A DNA stretch of 64,000 bases from an uncultured Planctomycetaceae bacterium (GCA_963785305.1 CAWAUV010000008.1:224001-288000); one strand, 5' to 3'; numbered from the stretch's first letter, positions 12,335-23,288 are shown. Notes: a model not told the origin generated them from the letters alone. Translations and numbers: made by a program.

Positions 12335-15300
12335 ATGGCAAGGCGCCTCCTCCCCAGACTTCGACGAACGGTCCCGATGAGCGAACGATCTCGCAACGTG
12401 GATTTCGAGCGACTGCCCGCGCGCCCAAAAACGCGTCGGTTGGCGTCGATGCTCGCGCGACTGGCGTTGAAGTTCGCGCGGCTGGCGCCGCTCGTCTGCG
12501 CGCTGGCGGCGATTCTGCCGGCGACGGGGTGCCACCGGGCGGCGTTTCGCATTCGCGCCAACAACGAAATGAAAGCGCTCATCACCGAAAAGTCGAACGA
12601 CCCGCGTTGGGAATTGCTCGACTTCACCTTGGAAATGGATTGCCGCTCGCGGTATTTCGATCCGACGAATGTCGATCGGCCGCCGATGCCGCAAGACGAC
12701 CCGGCCGGCCATCAGTTCATGCACTATGTGGCCGGTCACAAGGGCTCGCGGTGGTGGCATCGCTACGGCGATCAAAAATTTCTCGAAATGCCCAACTGGC
12801 GCGAGCGCTTGGGTGAATATGTCGAAGTCAACGACCGGGGCGAAGTCGTGCTCACGGTCGACGATTCGGTGCGGCTCGCGCGCTTGCATTCCGACGCCTT
12901 TCGCAACCAGCTCGAGACGATCTATCTCTCCTGTCTCGACGTGAGCACGGAGCGGTTCCAGTTCGTCACCCAATTCTATGGCGACACTCGCACAAGCTAT
13001 GTGCATCAAGGAACCCATGCCGTGAGCGCGTCGGCCCCGACTGCGTTTTCCGGGCAACAGAGCGCGACTCCCAGTATCGGCGCCATCAACGCCAGTCCAG
13101 CGCCCAACACGAACCCGACCGGCGCCGCCGCCGTGAATCCGCTGACCGGGCAGGTGCAGAATAGTTCTTATATTCAGGTGCAAAAGTACTTCGCCACCGG
13201 CGGCCAGTTCACGGCCGACCTGATCAACTCGTTCGCTTGGACCGTGGCTGGGCAAGAGCAAAGCAGTTACAACTCGCTGGCCAGCTTCAGCTTTATCCAG
13301 CCGCTCTTGCGCGGCGGCGGACGCGTCATCGCGCTCGAAACGCTGACGATCGTCGAACGCACGCTGCTCAACAACTTGCGGGCCTTCCAGCGCTATCGCC
13401 AAGGGCTCTACACGTTTTGCGCCGTGGGCGACAACACCGGCGTGGTCGGTCCGGTGCGCCGCGGTGGTTTGCTCGGCGGAACCGGTTTGACCGGATTCAG
13501 CGGCCAGGGCATCACCGGCCTCGGCGGCGTGGGCGCGGTGACCAATTACGGCGGCACGCTCACGCCCAGCACGCCGAGCAGCGCTGGCGCCGCCTATGGC
13601 TCGACCGGACTGGCCGGCGGCGGCGCCGGAACCGTCGGCGGAGTGTGGGGGCTCGTGCAGCAGCGCCAGCAAATTCACAACAGCGAAGACACCCTCGCCC
13701 TGCAAGAACGCACCCTCGGCCTGCTCGAAGCCAATCAGCAAGCCGGATTGCTCGATCTGGCCCAGGTCGATCAGTTTCGCCAAAACATTCAAACCGAGCG
13801 GGCCAACCTGCTCGGCGCTCGGGTGACGCTCAATAACGCGATCGACCAATTCAAGATCGCGCAGCTCGACTTTCCGCCCGACGTGGAATTGGCCCTCGAT
13901 GAAACTCCCATCAGCAAATTCCGGCTGATCGACCCGAAGACTCGCTCCTTGCAGTTTTCGCTCGAAGACTACGTGAAGCATGTCGGCGACCTGCCGCAAG
14001 CGCCGAGCGAATCGCAATTCAACCAAGCGGTCGAGCAGTTCGAGACCTTCCGCGAACCGATCGGGCAACGGTTCGCCGCGGCCAACAATGATTTGGCCAA
14101 GCTGCAACTGGCGCTACCGGCCCGCTTTCGCGACATGGACAAGGAGAAAGCCAACGACCTTCGCGAGGAACTGGCCAAGCTTGGCGACACCTATCTGGAA
14201 TTGCAAACCCGGCGCGACAAGGGCTTCGAACGCCTCGACAAACTTCACGCCGCCGCCCAAGCCCGACCCGACAATCTCGACCGGCTCACCGACGAACTGG
14301 TCGACTTGGCCAGCGGCATGAGCAGCCTCCTGGGCGAGCTCTCGCTGGTGCAAGCTCGCGCCAAGCTCGAAGCCATTTCGACCACGCGCATTCATCTCGA
14401 TCCGAAACGGGCTTTCAATATTGCCCGGGCCAACCGGCTCGATTGGATGAACAATCGCTCGCAGCTCGTCGACACCTGGCGACTGATCGCCTACAACGCC
14501 AACGCGCTGCTCTCGAACTTCAGCCTCACCTTTAGCGGCGACTTGGGCACCACGAGCAACAACCCGATCAAGTTCGCCGGCAGCACCGGGGCGCTCAAGG
14601 TCGGTTTCCAGTTCGATCCGCCATTTACCCGCCGCCTGGAGCGAAACAACTATGTGTCGTCGCTCGTGACTTATCAACAGGCGCGTCGCGATCTGTATCT
14701 GTACTATGACAGCGTCAATCAACTGCTGCGCCGCTATCTGCGCACGCTCAATCTGCTCGATAAGAATCTTGAAATTCAGCGCAGCGCGGTCATCATTGCC
14801 CTCCGCCGCGTGGACCAGACGCGCGAAGTGCTTAATAAGCCGCCCGAACCCGCGGCGCCGGGCATGCAGCAAACGCCGCTTTCCAGCACCGCGGCCATTT
14901 ACCTGCTCAACGCGCTGAGCGACTTGCGCAACGCGCAGAACAATTTCATGAGCGTGTGGGTCAATCATTACGCGCAGCGGATGCTGCTGATGCGCGACAT
15001 GGGCGTCATGGAGCTCGACAAGGACGGGCTCTGGATCGATCGCCGCTTCGAGGAGATGGATGTCTGCGAACAGGCCGATGCGTGGATGCCGCCGCCCGTG
15101 CCTTCGGCTTGGTTCCGCTTGGCCGGCATTGAAGACGAGCATCTATTGCGGATGCTGGCCGGTCCCGATTTCGAAAAATTCGATCGCGATGAAAGCGAGC
15201 CAGCCGCGGACTATGCGCCCGAGGAGCCGCGGAGATTGACGCCACCGCGAGCGAACTCGGCCGCTCCCGACGTCGTGAGGACTCCGCCTGTCGCCGGGGC

Positions 15301-15367
15301 CGGAGAAGCTCGCGTGCTCGAATTGGTGCGCAAGCTCGCGCGACGACGGCGCGGGTCCGGCCGATGA
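12335..15367 (+). CDS. Large TolC/outer-membrane efflux-like lipoprotein (true start probably later; C-terminus may be frameshifted)
   Basis: Lipobox LPATGC, FSFIQPLLRGGG, LQVDQ-like AQVDQFRQ, ARANRLDWMN, DPPFTRRLERN; first gene of an adaptor-permease-ATPase cluster. Confidence 0.7.
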   Translation: MARRLLPRLRRTVPMSERSRNVDFERLPARPKTRRLASMLARLALKFARLAPLVCALAAILPATGCHRAAFRIRANNEMKALITEKSNDPRWELLDFTLEMDCRSRYFDPTNVDRPPMPQDDPAGHQFMHYVAGHKGSRWWHRYGDQKFLEMPNWRERLGEYVEVNDRGEVVLTVDDSVRLARLHSDAFRNQLETIYLSCLDVSTERFQFVTQFYGDTRTSYVHQGTHAVSASAPTAFSGQQSATPSIGAINASPAPNTNPTGAAAVNPLTGQVQNSSYIQVQKYFATGGQFTADLINSFAWTVAGQEQSSYNSLASFSFIQPLLRGGGRVIALETLTIVERTLLNNLRAFQRYRQGLYTFCAVGDNTGVVGPVRRGGLLGGTGLTGFSGQGITGLGGVGAVTNYGGTLTPSTPSSAGAAYGSTGLAGGGAGTVGGVWGLVQQRQQIHNSEDTLALQERTLGLLEANQQAGLLDLAQVDQFRQNIQTERANLLGARVTLNNAIDQFKIAQLDFPPDVELALDETPISKFRLIDPKTRSLQFSLEDYVKHVGDLPQAPSESQFNQAVEQFETFREPIGQRFAAANNDLAKLQLALPARFRDMDKEKANDLREELAKLGDTYLELQTRRDKGFERLDKLHAAAQARPDNLDRLTDELVDLASGMSSLLGELSLVQARAKLEAISTTRIHLDPKRAFNIARANRLDWMNNRSQLVDTWRLIAYNANALLSNFSLTFSGDLGTTSNNPIKFAGSTGALKVGFQFDPPFTRRLERNNYVSSLVTYQQARRDLYLYYDSVNQLLRRYLRTLNLLDKNLEIQRSAVIIALRRVDQTREVLNKPPEPAAPGMQQTPLSSTAAIYLLNALSDLRNAQNNFMSVWVNHYAQRMLLMRDMGVMELDKDGLWIDRRFEEMDVCEQADAWMPPPVPSAWFRLAGIEDEHLLRMLAGPDFEKFDRDESEPAADYAPEEPRRLTPPRANSAAPDVVRTPPVAGAGEARVLELVRKLARRRRGSGR

Positions 15368-15670
15368 AGCGGCGCCGTGGTCCGAGGCGACCGATGCCGA
15401 CCCGATGCCCTCGCCCGTTCGGCAAGCCGCCGCCACGGGCGAGGCCGACGATGCTTCGCCCGCCGAGGGATGGCGGCCGGTGCGGGTCGAAGAGGTCGAC
15501 GCGGAAACCTACGAGCGATCGAGCGCTTCGCGAGCGTCGTGGCACAAGGCCGGGGGAAAGAAATTGCGTTCGGCGGCGCCGTGAACGGGCGCGGCATATG
15601 CTTGAATAGACGACAGCTTATGTCGGTGAAAAGCTTGCTTCGGATCGCGCTGGGGGCGACAATAGCATAA

Positions 15671-15748
15671 GAGCCTATCCGACAAATTCGGCGAGCCCTC
15701 GCCCTACCCTCTCCCAAACGGGGAGAGGGGGATTTGTCGGATAGGCTC
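15671..15748. repeat. MITE/REP-like element with a perfect 17-bp terminal inverted repeat
   Basis: GAGCCTATCCGACAAAT...ATTTGTCGGATAGGCTC enclosing a CCCTCTCCC/GGGAGAGGG hairpin. Confidence 0.75.
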
Positions 15749-15847
15749 CAAGACACCCGAGCGCTGCCCGCCCCGAATCGCCCTCGAGCGACAAGCTGGC
15801 GAAGCCGCTTGCCGCGCCGCCGCACCTTATTCCCTGGTCGTCCCCCA

Positions 15848-17728
15848 ATGGCTAGCCCGACTATTGAAAAACCACTGACGTTGGGAGCTCCCCGCGCCTT
15901 GCCACCGCCCTTGCGCCGCAAGCGATTTCCATGGCTGCGGATCGGGTTGGGGCCGCTCTTGATGCTTGCCCTCGTGCTCGGCGGGCTCTGGGGCGTTTGG
16001 CATTTCGGCACGTGGAACGTCCTCGATTGGTTCAGCAACAGCAAACCGCTCGAAGCCGGGGCCATGGTCGAGCAGGTGCGCGAGGGCGACCTCGTAATCA
16101 CGATCACGGAAGACGGCACATTGCAAAGCTCGAGCAACCTCGACATCAAATGCGAGGTTACCGGCGGAACCACGATCCTTTGGCTCGTGCAAGATGGCTC
16201 GCATGTCGATGAAGGCGACGAACTGGTGCGGCTTGATTCGTCGCTGATCGAAGAGCAAGTGAACACCCAAAAAATCGCCTATGAGCGTGCTCAAGCCACG
16301 CGCATCGAGGCCGAACGGCTCTTTTCGGCTTCGAAGATCGCCGTGCAGGAATACATCGAGGGCACGTACTTGCAGCAAATGCAAACGATCGAAGCCAATA
16401 TCACGATCGCCATGGAAAACCTGCGCAGCGCCGAGAACACCTACTACTACACCGAACGCATGGCGCGCAAGGGCTATGTCGCTTCGCTCCAGCGCGAGAG
16501 TCAAGCGTTTGCCGTCGAACGCTCGAAGCTCGATCTGGCCAATGCCCGCACCGCCAAGGAAGTGCTCGAGAAATTCACCCGCGCCAAGACGGTCGAAGAC
16601 CTCGAAAGCAAACGCGACACCGCCGAAGCCAAAATGCGGAGCGAGCAGGCCGCTTTCGAACTGGAAGAAGGCAAGCTCAAGCGGCTCACCAATCAGCTTG
16701 AAAAATGCACCATCCGGGCGCCGCGGGCCGGCATGGTCATCTACGCCAACGATCAACCCCGCTTCGGCAGCCAAGCCGTTAGTATCGAGGAAGGGGCCGC
16801 GGTCCGCCAAAGCCAGTCGATCTTGCGTCTGCCCGACCTGGACCACATGGAAGTCAAGACCTTGGTCCATGAATCGAAAGTCGAGCGGCTGCGGCTCGGC
16901 ATGCGGGCCCGAGTGCGAGTGCAGGGCGTCGATTACCAGGGAACGATTTCGTATATCGCGAACCAGGCCGAAGCCGCCAACTTTCTCGCCGCCAATGTCA
17001 AGGACTTCTCGACGATCGTGAAGATCGACGACGAGGAAATTCCCCACGATGGCGAACATCAGTTGCGGCCTGGCATGACGGCCAGCGTCGAGATTCTCGT
17101 GGCTCATATCCCCAACGCGCTGAGCGTGCCGATCATGTCGGTGCGTGAAATGGGATCGCACTCGTTTTGCTGGGTGAAAGAGGGCAATCGGGTCGTGCGA
17201 CGCGAGGTCGAAGTCGGGCAAAACAACGACAAAGTGATCGAGATCAAAACCGGCCTGACCGCGCAAGACTGGGTGCTACTGAATCCGGCGCCCTATGCGA
17301 GCGACTTGGCCATCGAATTCAAAGCCAAGGGCGAAACGATCGATGTCAAGCAGCGCTATGGCGACGCGCCCGAAAAGCCGAAGAAGGACCCCGCGGCGCG
17401 GAGCGGCGGCGCCGCGAATGGCGCTGCCCCGGGCGGCGGCGCCCCGGGCGGCGGCGGCTCAGGGGGTGGGCGCAATCGCAACATCATGCAGTTCGATAAA
17501 GATGGCGATGGCAAGGTCAGTCGCGAGGAAGCGCCCGAGGAAATGGCTCGCTTCTTTGATCGCGTCGACGAGAACCAAGATGGATTTATCGACCGCAAGG
17601 AAGCTGCCGCGGCCGCGGCGCGCCGCAAGCAGCGAGAGGCCGAAGCCGGCGGCGGCGCGGGTGCTGGCGGCGGCGGTAGTGGACCTCGAGCAGCGCCGAG
17701 CTCATGGCGGCCGATTCCCCCCGAATAA
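15848..17728 (+). CDS. Efflux periplasmic adaptor (HlyD/MacA-like) with C-terminal EF-hand pair
   Basis: TM, lipoyl half-motifs (GSHVDEGDELVRLD, TIRAPRAGMVIY), LRPGMTASVEI; EF loops DKDGDGKVSREE and DENQDGFIDRKE. Confidence 0.85.
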   Translation: MASPTIEKPLTLGAPRALPPPLRRKRFPWLRIGLGPLLMLALVLGGLWGVWHFGTWNVLDWFSNSKPLEAGAMVEQVREGDLVITITEDGTLQSSSNLDIKCEVTGGTTILWLVQDGSHVDEGDELVRLDSSLIEEQVNTQKIAYERAQATRIEAERLFSASKIAVQEYIEGTYLQQMQTIEANITIAMENLRSAENTYYYTERMARKGYVASLQRESQAFAVERSKLDLANARTAKEVLEKFTRAKTVEDLESKRDTAEAKMRSEQAAFELEEGKLKRLTNQLEKCTIRAPRAGMVIYANDQPRFGSQAVSIEEGAAVRQSQSILRLPDLDHMEVKTLVHESKVERLRLGMRARVRVQGVDYQGTISYIANQAEAANFLAANVKDFSTIVKIDDEEIPHDGEHQLRPGMTASVEILVAHIPNALSVPIMSVREMGSHSFCWVKEGNRVVRREVEVGQNNDKVIEIKTGLTAQDWVLLNPAPYASDLAIEFKAKGETIDVKQRYGDAPEKPKKDPAARSGGAANGAAPGGGAPGGGGSGGGRNRNIMQFDKDGDGKVSREEAPEEMARFFDRVDENQDGFIDRKEAAAAAARRKQREAEAGGGAGAGGGGSGPRAAPSSWRPIPPE

Positions 17729-17792
17729 TCGAGCGGCGAGCAATCCGGCGGCGCTCCCGTTTCCCCAACTCCCCGCAACGCGCTGCGTGCCC

Positions 17793-19124
17793 ATGATTCC
17801 ACGTTCCCGCTTCATGAACAGCTTGCGACTCGGCTTCAAGAGCCTGCTCCTGCACAAGCTGCGTTCGGGGCTCGCGATCTTGGGCATTTTCATCGGCGTC
17901 ACGGCCGTCATTTGGCTGGTGGCCATGGGCGAGGGCGTGAGCTATCAGGCGCAAAAGCAGATCAAGGAGTTGGGCGCCACGAACATCATCGTGCGTAATG
18001 TCAAACCGCCCCAAGAAGCCGTCAAAGGCGGACGCGGCATGACAATCCAACGCTATGGCTTGCTCCGCGAGGATTACGAACGCATCCGGTCGATTCCCAG
18101 CGTGATTCGAGCGGCCCCGCTCCGCGAAGTGCTCAGGCAATCGTTTCATCTCACGAATCGGGTAACGCTGCGCGTCGTGGGCTGCACGCCCGACTATCTC
18201 GAAATCAACAACCTCAAGATCGAGCGCGGCCGATTCCTCACCGACGAAGATCAAACCAAGCAAGAGAATTTCTGCGTGCTGGCGAGCGGCGCCGCCCAAG
18301 AGCTGTTTCACCAGGAAGATCCGATCGGCGAATCGGTGCAAATCGACAAGGATTTTTATATCGTCGTCGGCGTGACCGCGCAGCGCGACGCGACCGGCAA
18401 TGTCGGTGGCAGTTTCGCCTCGCAGGACTACAACCTCGACGCGTATATTCCCCTCAATAGCCTTCGTTGGCGAATCGGCGATCTGGTTGCCGTGCGGCCG
18501 GGCAGCCGCGACGGTGAAAATGTGCAACTCAGCCAGATCACCGTCACGGTGAAGGACCTCGGCGAGGTCGACGAGACCGCCTCCGTGATTCGCACCGTGC
18601 TCGAGCGCTATCATCCGCTGGTCGACTACGCGATCATCGTGCCCAAGGAGCTTCTGCGCCAGGCGGAAGTGCTGCAAATGATGTTCAATCTGCTGCTGGT
18701 GCTGATCGCCGGCATCGCGCTGTTGGTCGGCGGCATCGGCATCATGAACATCATGTTGGCCACGGTTACCGAGCGCACGCGCGAGATCGGCATCCGCCGC
18801 GCGCTGGGCGCCAAACAGCGCGATATCGTCGAGCAATTTCTCAGCGAAACCATCGTGCTTTCGGGCGCTGGCGGGTTGCTCGGCGTGGTGGTTGGGTTTT
18901 CCTGCAACTGGGTCGTCGCGGCGGTGCGGATCGTGATGTCCCATCTGCTGCCGAGCGTGATGGCGTCGCTGCCGCCGAATATCCGCGATCTCGAACCGCG
19001 CATCGCCGCGTGGAGCGTGGCCGCGGCGTTCTTGATTTCAGTCGCGGTCGGCGTGGTGTTCGGCCTGTATCCCGCCAGTCGCGCCGCGCGCATGGACCCG
19101 ATCGAGGCCCTGCGACACGAATAA
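17793..19124 (+). CDS. ABC transporter permease (MacB/FtsX type)
   Basis: HKLRSGLAILGIFIGV, GGIGIMNIMLATVTERTREIGIRRALGA, PASRAARMDPIEALRHE. Confidence 0.92.
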   Translation: MIPRSRFMNSLRLGFKSLLLHKLRSGLAILGIFIGVTAVIWLVAMGEGVSYQAQKQIKELGATNIIVRNVKPPQEAVKGGRGMTIQRYGLLREDYERIRSIPSVIRAAPLREVLRQSFHLTNRVTLRVVGCTPDYLEINNLKIERGRFLTDEDQTKQENFCVLASGAAQELFHQEDPIGESVQIDKDFYIVVGVTAQRDATGNVGGSFASQDYNLDAYIPLNSLRWRIGDLVAVRPGSRDGENVQLSQITVTVKDLGEVDETASVIRTVLERYHPLVDYAIIVPKELLRQAEVLQMMFNLLLVLIAGIALLVGGIGIMNIMLATVTERTREIGIRRALGAKQRDIVEQFLSETIVLSGAGGLLGVVVGFSCNWVVAAVRIVMSHLLPSVMASLPPNIRDLEPRIAAWSVAAAFLISVAVGVVFGLYPASRAARMDPIEALRHE

Positions 19125-19207
19125 GTCGCCACGCCGCGCTCGCCGGAAAACGTTCGCCCACGCACGCCCGGATCGCCTTTTCCCCCAGGGAGTTTGCAAC
19201 CTTGCGA

Positions 19208-19906
19208 ATGGCCGCCCAAGTGGTGAATGTCACCAAGGAATACCGACTCGCCGGCGGCGTGGTGCATGCGCTGCGCGGCGTGTCGCTCGATGTGCCCGAG
19301 GGCGATTTTGTCGCGATCATGGGCCAGTCGGGCTCCGGCAAGAGCACCATGCTCAACATGCTCGGGTGCCTCGACCGGCCCACGAGCGGCTCCTACATTC
19401 TGGCCGGCCAAGATGTTTCGCGGCTCTCGGACGACGAGCTCTCCGATATCCGTTGCCGTTACTTGGGCTTTATCTTTCAGTCGTACAATCTGATCCAAAC
19501 GCTCACGGTGGTTGAAAACATCGCCCTGCCGCTCCAATATCAAGACAACGTGACGGCCGCCACGCTCCGCAAGTGCGTCGATCTGGCCAAGCTCGTTGGC
19601 CTGTGCGAGCGATTGGATCATCGACCGATGCAACTCTCCGGCGGTCAACAGCAGCGGGTGGCGATTGCCCGTTCGCTGGTCAACGATCCGCAAGTGATCT
19701 TGGCCGACGAGCCCACCGGCAACCTCGATTCGGCCACGGGCGACGAGATCATGGCGATGCTCGATAGCCTGAATCGCGGCGGAAAAACAATTATCATGGT
19801 GACGCACGAGCCCGATATCGCCGCCAAGGCGCATCGCACGATTCGCATGCGCGATGGGCTGGTCGAGCATGCCGATCCGTATGTGCCGCGAGCGCATGAG
19901 GCCTGA
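19208..19906 (+). CDS. ABC transporter ATP-binding protein (MacB/LolD type)
   Basis: GQSGSGKST, LSGGQQQRVAIAR, ILADEPTGNLDS, MVTHE. Confidence 0.93.
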   Translation: MAAQVVNVTKEYRLAGGVVHALRGVSLDVPEGDFVAIMGQSGSGKSTMLNMLGCLDRPTSGSYILAGQDVSRLSDDELSDIRCRYLGFIFQSYNLIQTLTVVENIALPLQYQDNVTAATLRKCVDLAKLVGLCERLDHRPMQLSGGQQQRVAIARSLVNDPQVILADEPTGNLDSATGDEIMAMLDSLNRGGKTIIMVTHEPDIAAKAHRTIRMRDGLVEHADPYVPRAHEA

Positions 19907-19985
19907 CATCCTTCTTGAGCCGCGGAGCTCCGTGTTCCCTGCTCTCCGCGCCTTGCTTCAATTTTCTGAAAGGACCGCTCCCACG

Positions 19986-22923
19986 ATGCGCTCGCTCATT
20001 GTCTTGCTCTTGCTCTTGCTCGCCGCTCCGGCCCTGGCCGCCGATCCCGCGCCTCGCGCGCCTCGAGACTCCCCGTCCAAAACGGAGCCGGCGCCCAAGA
20101 CCAAGATCGAGCCGGGCAAGATCATCGTGCCGACCGACAACATGCGCCGGATTTGGGGCGAACTGGTAAGCATCGACCTCGTGAAACGCGAGGGCGTGTT
20201 TCGCAATGAGTCGAACGACCAGCTTCAAACCTTCGTCGTGATGCCCTATGCCGAGCTCTTGCACCACGCCGCGCTTGGCGACTTGCAAGATTTTCGCGTC
20301 GGCGAGCGAGCCATCTTTCGAGTTCATCCCGACGACGCCGATCGCTGGATTTGGCTCACCTATATCCAAGACGAAATGAATTTCCTCGACAACCACAAGG
20401 AATACTACTGGGTCGACCGGATCGACGCCGCCGACGGCAAGCTCGAATGCACCGACGCCAACGCCGATAAAAGTTTCGTGCGGCAGCAGGGAATCATGCT
20501 CGAGACCGATGCCGAAACTCGCTATTGGAAGGATGCCGAACCGGCCAAATTCGCCGATATCCGGGTCGGGGATCGGTTGAGAACGCAAACCCATGGCCTG
20601 GGTCAGGGTGCGCCGGCGCGAAGCCGGAGGAGAGTCGCGAATGAAAGAGTCGCACGAGGCAAGGCCTAGCCAGCCACCTCGGCCTCGAGTGATGCGTCGT
20701 GTCGGGCAACTGGCAGGGCGAAGCGTTCACAGAGGCACGGCCGGGCGGTGTATCGAGCTCCGAAAACATTCTTTTGCGGTGGCCGACCTTGTCCTGACCC
20801 CGTCGCTCGATTCATGCGGGAAGGCAACAGTGATGTCGAACGATCATGGCGAGTCCGACGTCTCCCCCACGGAGTCCGGGACCACCCGCACGGCCGGAAA
20901 CTTTTCTCGCGGAAGCCGGGAGATCCCGGGAACATCCGCTTCACCGGAAGCGAATCGGTCGGAGAAGGCGCGAGGCCACAAGTCCGACATGCACGTTCCC
21001 GGGGAGTCAGACAGTTCCATAGTACCAAAGAAGCAGGCGAACAACGACAGCGTGCCGCTGTCGGCGGAGCCCGTGGAGGGAAGGGAGCTGACCGAGGAGA
21101 ACGCCGAGCAGTCGCTACTGGACCGGACACAGCGCCGGGCTCCCAGGTCGCGCGGACTGCTGGGCGTGCGAGAAGCGGCACAACGCGACAAGAAGATGCG
21201 GTTCAACAATCTGCTGAACCATGTCACGCCCGAACTGCTGGTGGCGAGTTTCTTCGACCTGAAGAAGCAAGCCGCGCCCGGCGTCGATGGCCTGACATGG
21301 GCTCAATACGCCACCGATTTCGAAACGCGGATCGACGATCTGCACAGTCGAATCCATCGGGGAGCCTATCGAGCCAGGCCGTCCAAGCGAACTTGGATTC
21401 CCAAGCTCGACGGCAAGCCGCGGCCCCTCGGGATCGCGGCGCTGGAGGACAAGATCGTCCAGCAAGCCGTACGGACGATCCTGGAGTGCATCTACGAAGA
21501 GGACTTTCTGGGTTTCAGTTACGGCTTTCGTCCTGGACGAAGCTGTCACCGAGCCTTGGACGCGCTCTACGTGGGCATCAAGAAGCGGAAAGTGAACTGG
21601 ATTTTGGATGCGGACATCCGCGGCTTCTTCGACAACATCGACCACGCATGGTTGATGAAGTTCCTGGAGCATCGGATCGCCGACCGACGACTGCTTCGGC
21701 TGCTGAAGAAATGGCTTCGAGCCGGAGTGTCGGAAGATGGCGAATGGTCCCCGAGCACCGTGGGAACACCTCAAGGAGCGGTGATTTCGCCGCTCTATTC
21801 GAACGTGTTCTTGCACTATGTTCTGGACCTGTGGCTGGTGGCGTGGCGGAAACGCCATGCCGTGGGCGAGGTCATCATCGTGCGCTATGCGGACGATTTC
21901 GTAGTCGGATTCCGCGAGGAGTCCGACGCGCGACGCTGCCTGGCGGCGCTCCGGGAACGCTTCACCAAATTCGGTTTGGAACCGCACCCGGAGAAGACGC
22001 GGCTGATCGAGTTCGGACGCTATGCGGCCGAACGACGATCGAAGCGTGGCGATGGCCCACCGGAGACATTCGACTTCCTGGGCTTCACCCACATCAGTGG
22101 CGTGACCCGGAAGGGCGAATTCACCATTCGCCGCATCTCATCGGCCAAGAAGTTTCGTGGCAAACTGCGCGAACTGAAAGAAGCGCTGCGCGGGAAAATG
22201 CACATGGACTTGGCGCAAGTCGGGCCATGGCTATCGAGCGTTTACCGGGGATGGCTCAATTACCATGCGATTCCCGGCAACTCGGTGCGATTGCAACAAT
22301 TCCGCACGGCGCTCCAGAAACTCTGGCTCCGCATGCTGCGGCGACGCAGCCAACGCGGACGCCGGATGACCTGGCGGAAGTTCTCGCAGCTTTGCAAACG
22401 ATGGCTTCCCACCCCGAAAATCCTGCATCCTTATCCCGAAGTGCGGTTTGATCGTTTGTATCCAAGGTAGGAGCCGTATGCGGTAGTTCCGCACGTACGG
22501 ATCTGTGCGGGGGGTGGCCCGAAAGGGCCATCCCTACCGCGATGAAAGAACCGACGCTGTTGGGAGGTGTTTCTCGACGATGCCAGTCTGCTCGACTTTC
22601 AAGCCAAGCAGAAAAAAGTCCACCACGATCGCATCGCGAGCGAGGGACTGCCGGGCTATATCGACCGGGGCGACGGAAATCATGTCCGGTTGACGCTTTT
22701 TCCCGAGGGCGGCGAGCTCTTTGGCGGCCTGAAACAGGGCATGGCGGTTCGCCTGGCGCCGGCCGGCAAGGATCGGCGGCCCCTGGGCGAACCGGTCGAG
22801 GCCAGGCTCATGGAAATGGGTAAAAACGGCCGATATACGATGCTTACGCTCCAGCTCGCCGACCCGGCGCAAGCAGATCGCTTCGCGTTTGGCGGCGTGG
22901 CCCGAGCGTGGTTCGCGAAGTGA
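19986..22923 (+). CDS. Secreted hypothetical protein split by a group II intron (exons 19986-20607 and 22544-22923; 333 aa spliced)
   Basis: Signal peptide MRSLIVLLLLLLAAPALA; exon join G|GA AAG AAC reads ...THGLGQGKNRRCWEVFLDDASLL..., in frame with ORF 22567-22923; exons total 1002 nt. Confidence 0.8.
20608..22543 (+). mobile_element. Group II intron (probably bacterial class E), full length
   Basis: 5' GTGCG at 20608; domain V GAGCCGTATGCGGTAGTTCCGCACGTACGGATCTG from 22471; domain VI ending CCCTACCGCGAT; CCTGACCC (20793-20800) complementary to the exon end GGGTCAGG. Confidence 0.92.
20989..22470 (+). CDS. ltrA: Group II intron reverse transcriptase/maturase (no C-terminal endonuclease; start uncertain)
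   Basis: AAPGVDG, RPLGIAALEDKIVQ, SYGFRPGRS, DADIRGFFD, GTPQGAVISP, RYADD, FDFLGF, ends ILHPYPEVRF. Confidence 0.93.
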   Translation: MHVPGESDSSIVPKKQANNDSVPLSAEPVEGRELTEENAEQSLLDRTQRRAPRSRGLLGVREAAQRDKKMRFNNLLNHVTPELLVASFFDLKKQAAPGVDGLTWAQYATDFETRIDDLHSRIHRGAYRARPSKRTWIPKLDGKPRPLGIAALEDKIVQQAVRTILECIYEEDFLGFSYGFRPGRSCHRALDALYVGIKKRKVNWILDADIRGFFDNIDHAWLMKFLEHRIADRRLLRLLKKWLRAGVSEDGEWSPSTVGTPQGAVISPLYSNVFLHYVLDLWLVAWRKRHAVGEVIIVRYADDFVVGFREESDARRCLAALRERFTKFGLEPHPEKTRLIEFGRYAAERRSKRGDGPPETFDFLGFTHISGVTRKGEFTIRRISSAKKFRGKLRELKEALRGKMHMDLAQVGPWLSSVYRGWLNYHAIPGNSVRLQQFRTALQKLWLRMLRRRSQRGRRMTWRKFSQLCKRWLPTPKILHPYPEVRFDRLYPR

Positions 22924-23260
22924 TCTCCCCGTCGGATCGTAATTGCTTTGCTCACAAGTAGATGCGACGGGCTCGCGCGGGGCGATCCGGCGGCGATTGG
23001 CCGAGGCGAAAAGATTTTTGCTAGGAGGACCTTGGCGCCGCATGAGCGAATGGTTACATTCTAGGAGCTTCACCGAGCCGCACGTCGGCCCGGTGAGCCC
23101 ACCGTGGCGAGTCCAATACGGCTCAATCCGTGGTGGTCGGGTAGTTTGAGACTAGGCGGTCCATGTAGCTGGGTGAATCACATAGTTGAGCGACTTGCTC
23201 GGCTAGAAACTTGTCGGTGATCGTAGAGAGCGGCGGCTGAAAATTTTTTCTTCAGCGTGC

Positions 23261-23288
23261 TTGACGACGATCGCGAAACTGATAAGAT
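23261..23288 (+). promoter_or_regulatory. Sigma70-type rRNA promoter
   Basis: TTGACG-16 nt-TAAGAT preceded by an AT-rich UP-like tract AAAATTTTTT. Confidence 0.65.

Noticed and set aside
20593..22470. RT as a retron, DGR or defence RT diversifying the toxins
   Set aside because: It has a maturase region, flanking intron domains V/VI and exact splice boundaries; no template/variable repeat pair was seen. The 625-aa ORF start lies in the exon and is probably not the real start.
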